A DNA stretch of 64,000 bases from a virus (lineage: Duplodnaviria > Caudoviricetes). Position 1 is the stretch's first letter, and every line of letters starts with the position of its first letter. The stretch is taken from IMG/VR virus record IMGVR_UViG_3300028602_000011, positions 7,057 through 71,056 of that record; one strand, 5' to 3'. The notes below the pieces were generated by a model that did no database searches, was not told where the DNA came from, and worked only from the letters and a program-made list of their open reading frames with translations. Shown piece by piece: positions 17,471-27,623 of this stretch. Made by a program: the position numbers and the translations under genes.

Positions 17471-20400
17471 ATGGCATCTATAGTAATTGCTACAGTGGCG
17501 ACTCTTGCGGCGACAGTGGCGTCATCTTTGGTTGCAGGCACAATCATGTCTGCTATTGTTTACGCTGGTGTGATGGCTGGCGTTACGGCAATAGGCTATG
17601 CTATTTTTGGGCCAAATGCGGCAGATGCTGTGTCGGCAGTTTCGAGAACACCTGAAGATATACAACGGACTATTCAATCATCTACAGAATCGCGTAAAAT
17701 TGTATATGGTACGTCTAAAGTTGGTGGACCATTAATCCTTGCTTATAGTTCCGGGAGCCAGAATCAGTATCTACATCTTGTAGAAGCTCTTTGTGAAGGG
17801 CCGGTTAAAAGCATAGAAGAAATATGGTTTAACGACACACTTTCTACTGATTCAAGATGGCAAGCGGCTGGTGGTGGACACCGGACAGTATCATATACTG
17901 GTGAAACGGACCAACTTGCTGATGCAAATTTAGTTTCTGAATGTCCCGAATGGACAGATGACCATAGACTACGTGGCACGGCTTACATCTATACTAGACT
18001 CCACTACCAGCCTTTTGATCCAGACGGCGATGCAGACCAAGCCCTGGGTTCGGACGTATGGTGCAATGGTATTCCGACAATAACCGCCGTAGTAAAAGGA
18101 CGGAAGGTTTACGATCCTAGAGACTCAACCCAGGAAAAAAATAATCCTGATACCTGGACATGGAGTAGAAATCCTGTCCTTTGTATTCTTGATTACATCC
18201 GTGCTGGTAGTGCTGATATTGACTGGCCGACAAACGAAAATGGTGTTAAAATTCCTCCGTTCCGTGGCTTAGAAGCTCCTGACGCTGAAATAGATTGGGC
18301 AAACTGGGAAACTGGTGCTAATATTTGTGACGAAAGCATTACTTTCTCTGATGGCACGACCGGGGTACGCTACACACTAGACGGCGTTATCTATCTTGAT
18401 GCACAACCCTCCGCTATTATAGAACAAATGCTTACGACATGTGTCGGAAATATAGTATATGCTCAGGGTTTGTGGAGAATTTTTCCAGCGGCATACAAAA
18501 CCTCTGATTTTTCATTAACAAGTGATGACCTTCGGGATAGTATTAAAGTCCTTCCTTATAAGTCAAAAAGTGAATTATTCAACACAGTTAAGGGGACGTA
18601 TGCAAGTTCTGAGGCAAATTATGTTTCTACGGAATTTCCTACGGTTTCCGATGTTGGTCCTGTTGATGGTGATGAAACATATGAGGAGATAGATGGCGGT
18701 GTTGTTGAGACTTCCATTTCCCTCCCTTTTACATCTGATTATCGTATGGCCCAAAGGCTGGCAAAATTAGCCCTTAGAAAACAGCGGATATGTAAAGAAG
18801 TAACATTCCCGGCTAAACTTACAGCACTTCCAATTTCTGCCCAAAGCGTTATTGATCTTACGATTGACACCCTTGGATGGGCTGAAAAACCTTTCCGGGT
18901 TGTAAACTGGGCCTTAGCCGATTATGGTATTGATCTTACGCTCCAAGAGGAAAGCACAGATATTTATGCTTACACATCTGCAGAAGAAGTGGCTTCTACG
19001 AGTACAAACGCAGTAACGGTGCCCGACCCTTGGTATGTTGAACCTCCGACGAATTTAGCTTTTAGTGAAGAAAACTATGCTCTTTCTGGGAATGCTCTTT
19101 TGACATGGACAGTCTCAACAGATGCTTTCGTTGCTGGCTATAAAATACAAGTCAAAGGCAGTGCAGAAACAACGTGGTCTGAGCTAGTTTCTCGTATCCA
19201 GGCAAATAGATATAGTCTCACAAATCTTGGTGTCGGTGATTATTCTTTTAGAATACAAGCTATAAATACAATCGGGGCAACGTCTTCTTGGGTATCTGTT
19301 GACGGTAGTATTTCCATTCCACTTGTCATGGAGAGGGTGTCCGGCCTTGAGCTTTGGCAAGGTGAGGGTCTAGGTAATAAAACTGAGTTTACGGGGCAGG
19401 ATGCAAAATTTGTATGGCGTGCCGCTTCAAAAACACATAGTTATGATTTTGGTGAGGAACCTTTTGGTGGTGACTCAGGAGCTTTAGATACCTATTTTAA
19501 AGACTATGAAGTCAGGGTTGTTGACGTTGATTCCGGTTTAACTGTCAGGACAGAACACCCAACTACAAACTATTGGGAATACTCATATGAAAAGAACTTT
19601 GAAGACGGTTTAAGACGGGAATTTAAAGTAGAAGTTTATCAACGCGGAGATCAGAACCAGCTTTCATCGAGTGCTGCTTCATTAACCGTCAGTAATCCTG
19701 CACCAGATGCTTTGACTGGATTAAAAATTGACGCTAGCTATGGTACTATCTATATCCAGTTCACTTCTCCTGATGATAACGATTTTAAAGGTATTCTTAT
19801 ATGGCTATCCCAAACAAGTGGCTTTACACCTTCAACTGATAATCAAGTTTTTGACGGGATAGGAAATGCCGTCTCGATTTCAGGGCTTAACCAAGGGGAG
19901 ACTTACTATCTTCGTATTGCCGGATATGACGGTTTTGGCAAAGAAAATCTTAACACAAGTTCCGAAGTTGGCGTTGATACACTTAAAAATGACGTTGACA
20001 AAGAATATGTGGATGCTCAGGATGCATTTGTTAAAGCCCAAGCAGATAGTGCCGCGCAAACATATGCTAATGATCTAAATAATTTAGAACAAATAAGGGC
20101 AGATGCTTATGCAGATGGGATAGTGACTACAGCAGAGGCCAGGGCAATTGCTGCGGCACAAACAAAAGCAGATGCTGCACAGGTGGCGGCTGAAGCAACA
20201 GCTATTAGTTATACTGATACATTATCTACAGCAAATCTTTTAGTTAATGCTGATTTTTCTGGGGATGTACAGGTAGGGTGGTCATTCACCCAGGGGTCAG
20301 AAACTCAAACTATAACACCGTTTAAAGATCTTGATGGTTGGTTCCCTACTGGTGGGCACTGTTTATGTTTGATGACTGGAAATGCAGATACCAATTCTGA

Positions 20401-22285
20401 GCATTTTTGTGAAATGAGTTCAGATATGGTTCCTGTTGTAGTTGGAGAAAAATACGGGATATCCTGTTATACTGGGGCACATAGATGTAGAATTGCTGTT
20501 TTTATGTATTACTATGATTCCACTGGTGCTTATGCAGGGAACAGCGGTCTTGCATTTAATTCCACATTAGCGGGCGGACACAGCCTTTCAAACTATATAA
20601 GAATATTCGCCACTGGAACTATTCCAAGTGGAGCTAATCAAGTTAGAGCCATTCTGCGTAAATATTCTACAACTCCAGGAGAAGCTAATTCTTACGGATT
20701 TTTTGCTTATCCAATGCTCCAGCGTGTTACTGCTAGTCAAACAATCCCAAGTGCATGGTGTTCTGGAACGGGGTTGTCTCAACAATGGGCATACACCGGC
20801 ACCACTGAGTTTGATGGTGGGAATATTAGGGCAGATACAGTTACGGCTGTTGCCGTTGGTACTAATGAAATTATCACAAATACTGCTAACATCGCTAATG
20901 GTGTTATCGTATCAGCACATATTGGAGAGTTGCAAGTAACACAGGCAAAGATTGCAGATGCAGCCATTGATGAAGCAAAAATAGCAGATTTGGCTGTTAC
21001 AAATGCAAAGATAGATGATCTTGATGGGGCAAAAATCCATGCCGACTCGACAATAACAATAGGTGATGTTGCAGCCGGTAATTATTGTATGCTCACTGAT
21101 GGTGAGGTTAAAACATTCCGTTACCTGGAGAATCTGGCACGTCAGACTAAAGAACTAAAACAGTGGGAAGCTGGTTCCTGTGATAATGCTGATGCAAATG
21201 ATGCTAATTCAGCGTGGACTTATTTAACAGGGTATTACGAAACACAACCTTCCCTTTTCTTGACCCCTAAAACACTACAAACTGTCTATGATCGCACGGC
21301 TATTGGAAATCAGTTTTTAAATATGGACGTGTCAGTTATTGAGCTTGTCCCAGACCATACGAACCAATATCGTTTTAAAGCAAATGCTCGGTTAATTGAT
21401 GATGGTGGTGTTGGTAATGTTATTGTAAGCCAAACAACTACAAATACGTCAGCCACAGCAACATATTCATCTAGTACAATAACAACCCCGGCATTGGTTG
21501 TTGGAATTGCTGTCCATGCTACGTTCTCCTCATCTCACGGAACTGGTACGGATGGATTGTATTATATAAGAAAATTCCAATGGCGATTATACATTGACGA
21601 TGTTGCACAAACATGGTCAGCATGGTATGAATTAAATTCATTAAGCACAATGTCTTTAGATTCTAGCGTAACATCTTTAACTTCAAAGGCACATACTTTT
21701 AAGGTTGAGACAAGTTTTGCAGATTATGGGGGGACTTTTAATACTGGGACGGTTACTGAATATTCAACAAGTACTGCTTCTGTTAATGAAACCTTTATGA
21801 CTGATTATGTATCAACTACTAATCTTATTGATAAATCATTTAGTTTTACAGTACCTACTAAAACTTTATCTGGATGGACACTTAGTTCTATTAAATTAAC
21901 AGGCTCTCTTACAATATCTGTTAATAATACATCAGATTGGGGTATTACTGTAACTAATATTCGAATGTATATAGATTCTACTTTCATTGGTTATGATAGT
22001 TATGAGGGCAGCGCTGATCCAGTAACAAAAACAATGTCAATTAATAATCTTAGTTTAAGTGCAGGAACACATACAGCACATTTTAAATATCGTTGTAGTG
22101 AATCTCCTTCTATTCTTCGACATACAGCTAGTATGAGTGGGACATATACATATACATTTAGTAGACTTAAGCCAGGAACTACAGCAGTTGAAAATAAAAC
22201 AGTTGTAGTTTCATACGACTACACATTAGGTGCTATAAACGTGCTTTCAACAGGATCAGTTAATTATTTGGCATTAGGAGTTTAA
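17471..22285 (+). CDS. Central tail fibre / host specificity protein J-like (1604 aa)
   Basis: RKIVYG, LRGTAYIY, VKGRKVYDPR, WSRNPVLCILDY and YSFRIQAIN (FN3-like) motifs; AKIAD repeats; Ser/Thr-rich distal part. Confidence 0.85.
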   Translation: MASIVIATVATLAATVASSLVAGTIMSAIVYAGVMAGVTAIGYAIFGPNAADAVSAVSRTPEDIQRTIQSSTESRKIVYGTSKVGGPLILAYSSGSQNQYLHLVEALCEGPVKSIEEIWFNDTLSTDSRWQAAGGGHRTVSYTGETDQLADANLVSECPEWTDDHRLRGTAYIYTRLHYQPFDPDGDADQALGSDVWCNGIPTITAVVKGRKVYDPRDSTQEKNNPDTWTWSRNPVLCILDYIRAGSADIDWPTNENGVKIPPFRGLEAPDAEIDWANWETGANICDESITFSDGTTGVRYTLDGVIYLDAQPSAIIEQMLTTCVGNIVYAQGLWRIFPAAYKTSDFSLTSDDLRDSIKVLPYKSKSELFNTVKGTYASSEANYVSTEFPTVSDVGPVDGDETYEEIDGGVVETSISLPFTSDYRMAQRLAKLALRKQRICKEVTFPAKLTALPISAQSVIDLTIDTLGWAEKPFRVVNWALADYGIDLTLQEESTDIYAYTSAEEVASTSTNAVTVPDPWYVEPPTNLAFSEENYALSGNALLTWTVSTDAFVAGYKIQVKGSAETTWSELVSRIQANRYSLTNLGVGDYSFRIQAINTIGATSSWVSVDGSISIPLVMERVSGLELWQGEGLGNKTEFTGQDAKFVWRAASKTHSYDFGEEPFGGDSGALDTYFKDYEVRVVDVDSGLTVRTEHPTTNYWEYSYEKNFEDGLRREFKVEVYQRGDQNQLSSSAASLTVSNPAPDALTGLKIDASYGTIYIQFTSPDDNDFKGILIWLSQTSGFTPSTDNQVFDGIGNAVSISGLNQGETYYLRIAGYDGFGKENLNTSSEVGVDTLKNDVDKEYVDAQDAFVKAQADSAAQTYANDLNNLEQIRADAYADGIVTTAEARAIAAAQTKADAAQVAAEATAISYTDTLSTANLLVNADFSGDVQVGWSFTQGSETQTITPFKDLDGWFPTGGHCLCLMTGNADTNSEHFCEMSSDMVPVVVGEKYGISCYTGAHRCRIAVFMYYYDSTGAYAGNSGLAFNSTLAGGHSLSNYIRIFATGTIPSGANQVRAILRKYSTTPGEANSYGFFAYPMLQRVTASQTIPSAWCSGTGLSQQWAYTGTTEFDGGNIRADTVTAVAVGTNEIITNTANIANGVIVSAHIGELQVTQAKIADAAIDEAKIADLAVTNAKIDDLDGAKIHADSTITIGDVAAGNYCMLTDGEVKTFRYLENLARQTKELKQWEAGSCDNADANDANSAWTYLTGYYETQPSLFLTPKTLQTVYDRTAIGNQFLNMDVSVIELVPDHTNQYRFKANARLIDDGGVGNVIVSQTTTNTSATATYSSSTITTPALVVGIAVHATFSSSHGTGTDGLYYIRKFQWRLYIDDVAQTWSAWYELNSLSTMSLDSSVTSLTSKAHTFKVETSFADYGGTFNTGTVTEYSTSTASVNETFMTDYVSTTNLIDKSFSFTVPTKTLSGWTLSSIKLTGSLTISVNNTSDWGITVTNIRMYIDSTFIGYDSYEGSADPVTKTMSINNLSLSAGTHTAHFKYRCSESPSILRHTASMSGTYTYTFSRLKPGTTAVENKTVVVSYDYTLGAINVLSTGSVNYLALGV

Positions 22286-22288
22286 AAA

Positions 22289-22630
22289 ATGGCACAATAC
22301 AAAACAGGCACGGTTTCCGTTACTAATGGTTCACAAATAGTAACAGGGTTAGGAACATCTTGGCTGACGGAAGTAACAACCGGAGATATTTTAATAATCC
22401 TAGATGATGGGGTATGGTATGAAATAGCTTCTATTACTAATGATACAAGCCTGACACTTTCTGCAAATTATGCAGGAACAACAGGGAGTGGACTTACATA
22501 CGCTATAACAAGAGACTTTACATCACCGGATAATATTCCATACCCGGAAAAGGGTGATATTGAAACCACTGCAATCGTTAAGCGTGCAATTCTTACAATC
22601 CAATCATTAATTACAACTTTAAAAACATAA
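22289..22630 (+). CDS. Short tail-fibre N-terminal (anchor)-like protein
   Basis: YKTGTVSVTNGSQIVTGLGTSW...YEIASITNDTSLTL, typical of fibre N-termini, but only 113 aa. Confidence 0.6.
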   Translation: MAQYKTGTVSVTNGSQIVTGLGTSWLTEVTTGDILIILDDGVWYEIASITNDTSLTLSANYAGTTGSGLTYAITRDFTSPDNIPYPEKGDIETTAIVKRAILTIQSLITTLKT

Positions 22631-22680
22631 TTCCTCAAAAAACCTTAAAAGGGACTTTTTACGTTTTAAAAGGAGATCAT

Positions 22681-23136
22681 ATGTGTTGGACACCGTTACG
22701 TTATTTTCAAGAAGATGAATTTATGCCCGGAGCCGAAAAATCATCCAAGGAGATTCGTTTTCTTATTGATGATATTAGACAAGCATCTACGGATATAGCT
22801 AAAGATAAAAAAGATGTATCATGCATTATCCATTGCTGTTGGGCAGCTAAAGGGCATTCTGCAAAAAGCTATCATTATACCGGACAGGCTATTGATTTCC
22901 ATATAACGGGTGTACCGCTAATATTGCAGTATACAATCCTTACGAGTTTTAGGGGTATCGGTGCTTTGGGCTTTTACCCATACTGGCACCACCCCGGCTG
23001 GCATCTAGACATACGTCCCAATGATAGGCGGCTAGAGTGGTTATGCACAAAAATACAATCAGTGTATGAAACAAAACCACACTATAATTACGATTATGGA
23101 GCACATCTTATTATGCCATATCTTATAAATATGTGA
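22681..23136 (+). CDS. Endolysin, peptidase M15/YcbK-like
   Basis: SYHYTGQAIDF and GWHLDIR zinc-binding motifs; precedes the holin. Confidence 0.78.
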   Translation: MCWTPLRYFQEDEFMPGAEKSSKEIRFLIDDIRQASTDIAKDKKDVSCIIHCCWAAKGHSAKSYHYTGQAIDFHITGVPLILQYTILTSFRGIGALGFYPYWHHPGWHLDIRPNDRRLEWLCTKIQSVYETKPHYNYDYGAHLIMPYLINM

Positions 23137-23158
23137 ACAATTTTACTGGAGGTGTATT

Positions 23159-23377
23159 ATGGAAGAAAAGAAATGGTGGGCATCCCGCTCGATTTGGTCG
23201 CTGATTGTTGCGTTGGCTTGTGTTGTCGCCGGTATTTTTGGCGTAGATATTGACGAAGCCACAAAGGAAGCATTGCTCGATAATACGGTAGCTGTTGTAT
23301 CTGCCATTGGTGCTGTAGTTGGTATTATCAGTGGTGCCATTTTTAGGATGAAGGCTACTAAAACAATCAAGAAATAA
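23159..23377 (+). CDS. Holin
   Basis: 72 aa, KWWASRSIW, two TM segments and a basic C-terminus. Confidence 0.75.
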   Translation: MEEKKWWASRSIWSLIVALACVVAGIFGVDIDEATKEALLDNTVAVVSAIGAVVGIISGAIFRMKATKTIKK

Positions 23378-23378
23378 T

Positions 23379-23588
23379 ATGGGGAAATACGCTGAACTTT
23401 TCTTATTATTCGGTAGGATATATGAAAGTATCATGGCAACCATTAAGAATAAGAAAAAGCAATCTGTGGCGGATTCTATTACTGCTGATCCTGTTGATTG
23501 GAGTAATTCTCATTTTAACAGGGTGCCAGACGCAGATACCAGTAAAACCACCAATTCCAAACGGAATAGTGGTGGAGCGAATACCTAA
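23379..23588 (+). CDS. Putative i-spanin (Rz-like)
   Basis: N-terminal hydrophobic segment; overlapped out of frame by a lipoprotein gene. Confidence 0.5.
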   Translation: MGKYAELFLLFGRIYESIMATIKNKKKQSVADSITADPVDWSNSHFNRVPDADTSKTTNSKRNSGGANT

Positions 23589-23670
23589 TACAGATTATGT
23601 TCGGATGAAAGAAACACAATACGAAAACCTTATGCACTACATACATGAATTAGAATGTGGATATGAATAA
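23422..23670 (+). CDS. Putative o-spanin (Rz1-like lipoprotein)
   Basis: Hydrophobic stretch ending in lipobox LTG-C, then Pro-rich; overlaps the previous gene. The exact start is uncertain. Confidence 0.6.
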   Translation: MKVSWQPLRIRKSNLWRILLLLILLIGVILILTGCQTQIPVKPPIPNGIVVERIPNTDYVRMKETQYENLMHYIHELECGYE

Positions 23671-23715
23671 AAATGGTGGTCAGGATATAAGCAACATTCC
23701 TGGCCACCATTGTTT

Positions 23716-24333
23716 TTATAATTGTGTAACAATAGATTTTTCTTTCTTAATACTGACTTCAAAAACCCTATCTGCACCATCCATTATATCGTTTCTATCT
23801 GCTCGTTCATCACTGATTGTAATAATCTGCACACCTAATTCTTTAGATATAGCCTTCATCATCCCAATCGCATTTGAATTTTCAACCACACCTTTTAGGT
23901 GCTTGAATGGTTCGTCTAGAATTAAAACAGGTCTGGTGTGTGTTCCCATGCTCCAAGCCGATATACGCAATGCAAAGGAAGCAATATCTGCCGCACCATA
24001 CCCACTACTTGATAACGGGTCTATTTCCCGGCCACCCCGTTCAAACAATAAATCACATTCTGTTTTGTTTCTTCGTTCTTCAAACTTAACAACCATGGAA
24101 TATGGATTAGCAAAAACAGCATCTTGGGCTGATGTGACAACAGAAGCAAGTTGAAACTCGAGCTGTTTTTGTGTTTGTAAGGCAACAGCTTTTACAATAT
24201 CTTCTGCTTCTTCTAATTGTTTTACTGCGTTTTCTGCTTTTTTTAAATCGGCTGTGGTTTTTTCTATCTGCACAGTTACAGACCGTTCTTCCCCACGCCT
24301 ACGCTCATATTCTATTCGTAATCGATTAAGCAT
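23716..24333 (-). CDS. Rad50/SbcC-like ATPase, C-terminal half
   Basis: Coiled coil, degenerate signature (PLSSSGYG) and Walker B LILDEPF. Confidence 0.8.
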   Translation of the reverse strand: MLNRLRIEYERRRGEERSVTVQIEKTTADLKKAENAVKQLEEAEDIVKAVALQTQKQLEFQLASVVTSAQDAVFANPYSMVVKFEERRNKTECDLLFERGGREIDPLSSSGYGAADIASFALRISAWSMGTHTRPVLILDEPFKHLKGVVENSNAIGMMKAISKELGVQIITISDERADRNDIMDGADRVFEVSIKKEKSIVTQL

Positions 24334-24336
24334 TGT

Positions 24337-24570
24337 TTACTCCAAAAGGTCTTCAATCTGATTACATACTTTTTTAAATTCTTTTTCGATATTGCTTATT
24401 TGCTCTTCACAAATAACGAGTTGGGCTTCAGCATCTTTAACTGTAGCATATCCCAAATTTTTCAACTCTTTACGTTTGGATTTCAATTCGCCCTGCAACA
24501 TAGTTATTTTCTTTTCCTTTGTTGCTATATCCTTTTTCATATCCAATAGTTCTTTTGTAGTAAATACCAT
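24337..24570 (-). CDS. Small coiled-coil protein
   Basis: Heptad-rich 77 aa inside the Mre11/Rad50 cluster. Confidence 0.65.
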   Translation of the reverse strand: MVFTTKELLDMKKDIATKEKKITMLQGELKSKRKELKNLGYATVKDAEAQLVICEEQISNIEKEFKKVCNQIEDLLE

Positions 24571-24578
24571 TATTTCTC

Positions 24579-24767
24579 CTAAAAAGTAGGTTGTTGTGTT
24601 CTGGCTATAAATTCTAAATTAAGTGATGGTATTTCGGCTGGAACCACACTAAATACAATTCGAGTACAGCTATCACATAAATCATGCACAACACCATTCA
24701 ACTCAACATATCTCAATTTTGTAGGATCTACAGGTGTTATAATTACTACAGTATCTTCTTTCATCAT
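24579..24767 (-). CDS. Hypothetical protein
   Basis: Tightly packed ORF with GGAG SD. Confidence 0.5.
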   Translation of the reverse strand: MMKEDTVVIITPVDPTKLRYVELNGVVHDLCDSCTRIVFSVVPAEIPSLNLEFIARTQQPTF

Positions 24768-25639
24768 TTCTCCATACTATCATAAATGCATTGTTTGATT
24801 TCTTGGGCTGTGTTGTGTTGTTTAAAAAACATTTCTAGGTTATCTTCAAATTTTAGCTGTTTTCCAGTCTTGGCTTGTACGGACCGCATAAAAGCCGTGT
24901 ATCTTTGCTTTTTAGTGCGTTGTTGTTGCAAGTGTACCCTACTAATGCACCCGCTATTGTACGTTAAGATATGCCGCTTTATCGCATGCTGTTTTGCATT
25001 GTATAAATACACACACGGTTTACTTTTATACTGGTCAGCACTCATACGCAAAATGGACCCAGGATTCACCAAAATACGGCCTTGGTATTCTTCAGTAAAT
25101 GATTTGTGGTTGTGGCCAGTAACAATTAAATCGTACATTGGGTACTTTCTCAAAATCTGTTTGGCTGATAAATCAGTGCACCCCGGCCAAGGTTTTTTCC
25201 CTTTGAAAGTCATTACATGCCATAATAGGATTGAGCGGCCCTGAAAATTCAAACTCGCTTCATCGGGCTCCTGTCCCCAATGGCCACCCATAACAACATC
25301 CAAAGCACCAGCAACTTCTAACGTGTGTAAGGCTGTCTTATCAAACAAATCGAGATTATGCTGTGGCAAATCATGATTGCCATATACTGTCTTGAAATAT
25401 TGTTTAAATCCATAATCATCTAAAATGTGTAAAATAAATTGACTGATTAAACGAGGGGAGCCATTCCATTTATTAAATAAATCACCAGCGTGTAATATTG
25501 GTAAATTCAAAGCAACAATTTGAGCAACCTTGTTCCATTCAGCTTCCCATATATCGTCTGTTCTGCAAACTGGAGAATCTTCTCGCAAATGCCAATCTGC
25601 AGTAAGTATTAAATCTGCGTCGAATTGTTTTCTTTGCAT
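24764..25639 (-). CDS. Mre11/SbcD-like metallophosphoesterase nuclease
   Basis: ADWHL, AGDLF, GNHD, GHNH and NPGS motifs. Confidence 0.88.
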   Translation of the reverse strand: MQRKQFDADLILTADWHLREDSPVCRTDDIWEAEWNKVAQIVALNLPILHAGDLFNKWNGSPRLISQFILHILDDYGFKQYFKTVYGNHDLPQHNLDLFDKTALHTLEVAGALDVVMGGHWGQEPDEASLNFQGRSILLWHVMTFKGKKPWPGCTDLSAKQILRKYPMYDLIVTGHNHKSFTEEYQGRILVNPGSILRMSADQYKSKPCVYLYNAKQHAIKRHILTYNSGCISRVHLQQQRTKKQRYTAFMRSVQAKTGKQLKFEDNLEMFFKQHNTAQEIKQCIYDSMEK

Positions 25640-26679
25640 ATGATATTCTCACATAGTGGGCATATTTCAGGCATGCTATTTTTGAATTGTGTTTTAAGCA
25701 CACCCAATTCTGCAGTATACTTTTCCAATGCAATATCGATATTTTTTATTTGGTTGACTACTATTTCAAGATTGTTTTTGGTGGTTTCAGCCGTGCATAT
25801 TTGTGCATCCAACTCGAGTGCTTTCTCCAACAAATCACTATTTATAGAATCACTTTCTAATTCTGATATTGCTTCGATTATATCATTTATATCATCAAGA
25901 ACCATAATAATATCACTTTGTTTATTGACAAATACTTTATCGGCATTTAATAATTGCAATGCATCATTTACCAATTCTTTATGGGTAATGCTTTCTTTAT
26001 TTTTTTTGAGTATTGATAATGTGTAATGAATTTCAGCACAGGCTTTATTTATTTGGGAATACTGTGTTCTAATAGAATCTAATTCTTTTTCTAATACAGT
26101 AGCACGTTTTAATTCAGTTTCAGTTTCATCCAAATATTCGTACGATTGTAATTCATCATGTAACTCACCAAGATATGCTGTGCCTTTGGTAACATCTTGT
26201 GAAACACGGTGATATTTACTATGCAAATTGTGTATTGTTTCATCAATAATATCTAACGATGCTACTTTGTTTAGGTATTTCGCAACATCACCAGAACTAC
26301 TTTGCAATAAAAAGAAAGGGTCAATCTGTGTTTGTATATTCAAATCCCTATGCAATGCATGTGCGTTTAATATTTCTTCTGGTGGGTTTCTTCCGATTGC
26401 TTTAAACAGGGTATCATCTAATTTATAATGGTTTTCTGTTTTGGAGACTGTGCGTGTAATGCAACAATCATTCAATACCATTTTTACAGAACAATTTTCT
26501 TCTCCATTGGTTATAAATCCCCGTCCTAGTGGCCTATTGAACAAAGCCCACAACATACTTCGAAAAATTGCAGATTTCCCGGCATCAGTTGCACCAATAA
26601 TTACATTGACACCGGGATCAAAATCAATCTGCGTATGCTTATGGGACTGGAAGTTTTTTATTTCGAGTCCTTTTATCAT
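25609..26679 (-). CDS. Rad50/SbcC-like ATPase, N-terminal half ending in a zinc hook
   Basis: NFQSH, Walker A GATDAGKS, coiled coil and terminal CPLC. Confidence 0.85.
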   Translation of the reverse strand: MIKGLEIKNFQSHKHTQIDFDPGVNVIIGATDAGKSAIFRSMLWALFNRPLGRGFITNGEENCSVKMVLNDCCITRTVSKTENHYKLDDTLFKAIGRNPPEEILNAHALHRDLNIQTQIDPFFLLQSSSGDVAKYLNKVASLDIIDETIHNLHSKYHRVSQDVTKGTAYLGELHDELQSYEYLDETETELKRATVLEKELDSIRTQYSQINKACAEIHYTLSILKKNKESITHKELVNDALQLLNADKVFVNKQSDIIMVLDDINDIIEAISELESDSINSDLLEKALELDAQICTAETTKNNLEIVVNQIKNIDIALEKYTAELGVLKTQFKNSMPEICPLCENIICKENNSTQI

Positions 26680-26698
26680 ATTTCCTCTTCAGTTATTT

Positions 26699-26794
26699 TT
26701 AATCACATGCCAACCAATAACCAAGAGCAATTCCCACAACTACACCAACAATAAAACAACTCCATGCAATGAATATACTAGGTGGTACTATCAT
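26699..26794 (-). CDS. Small membrane peptide (31 aa, MIVPPSIFIAWSCFIVGVVVG...)
   Basis: GAGG SD; fills the intergenic gap; hydrophobic. Confidence 0.4.
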   Translation of the reverse strand: MIVPPSIFIAWSCFIVGVVVGIALGYWLACD

Positions 26795-26804
26795 AATATG
26801 CCTC

Positions 26805-26972
26805 TTAATCAGGTTGCAATATACACAAATCGTCTGCATAGTAATCTACGTCTTTTGAATATCCGCCCTTTAATCGTAATTTACGCCAACATGCTTTGCA
26901 CCTATGATCTGGTGTAACTTTCCCACAATCACAGCATCTGTGAATTGGTTTTCGCCACTTTGTTCTCCTCAT
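26805..26972 (-). CDS. Small Zn-finger protein (55 aa)
   Basis: CCDCGK...RCKAC; overlaps the thyX 3' end. Confidence 0.45.
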   Translation of the reverse strand: MRRTKWRKPIHRCCDCGKVTPDHRCKACWRKLRLKGGYSKDVDYYADDLCILQPD

Positions 26973-27615
26973 TCTCTTTGCCACGTTGAACTCCTTTAAT
27001 TTTAATGTCTTCAAAAAAAACAGGCATTCTTTTTTGAAAATCAAATAGAAGGGGTACCATAAGCTCTCGAATTTGTGGGTGTGCGGCTTGTGCTGTGCGT
27101 AATTTAAGAATATGCCGCCATTCTCTGATATTGGCAGTAACAACAATTTCAGTTTTTAAACTGTTTGGAAGAACACTTCTGGCTTGTTCAGGCTTGGCAC
27201 CATTTTCAAGCATTGCTAAATAGGTGTTCTCAGCCAAACGCATAGCCACTTCCCATAATCCATATTGTGTTGAATCCTTATTCCAAAAACAAGGACGAAT
27301 AAGAGTAATTTCATTACCAAATTTATCTTTGGAATAGTTGGCATATCTTGTACTTTCTTGGGAGAAGGAAGCTAATCGGTGACGTACAATTTCATGGGAT
27401 ATACCCCTGTCACAAATAAACCTAACGGATAAAGAATAATGTTCCAAAACAGATTCATGCCCAACAGTGATACATTGTTTAATACGACGAATATCATCTT
27501 CAAACCCTTTAGATTCTGATTTATAGCATGTTCTTGCCGCATCAGAACAACGAACAAGGGCGGCTAGATATTCCGGTTCCGACATTATTTTATATGAAGC
27601 ATCTATGATTTTCAA
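26929..27615 (-). CDS. thyX: Flavin-dependent thymidylate synthase (likely TTG start at 27615)
   Basis: HESVLEH and SHEIVRHRLASFSQESTRY signature. Confidence 0.95.
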   Translation of the reverse strand: MKIIDASYKIMSEPEYLAALVRCSDAARTCYKSESKGFEDDIRRIKQCITVGHESVLEHYSLSVRFICDRGISHEIVRHRLASFSQESTRYANYSKDKFGNEITLIRPCFWNKDSTQYGLWEVAMRLAENTYLAMLENGAKPEQARSVLPNSLKTEIVVTANIREWRHILKLRTAQAAHPQIRELMVPLLFDFQKRMPVFFEDIKIKGVQRGKENEENKVAKTNSQML

Positions 27616-27623
27616 AGTATCTC

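Noticed and set aside
17471-22630. Second DGR target in the tail fibre genes
   Set aside because: I could not find a VR-like match to the TR at the 3' ends of these genes. A local alignment masking TR adenines would be the decisive test.
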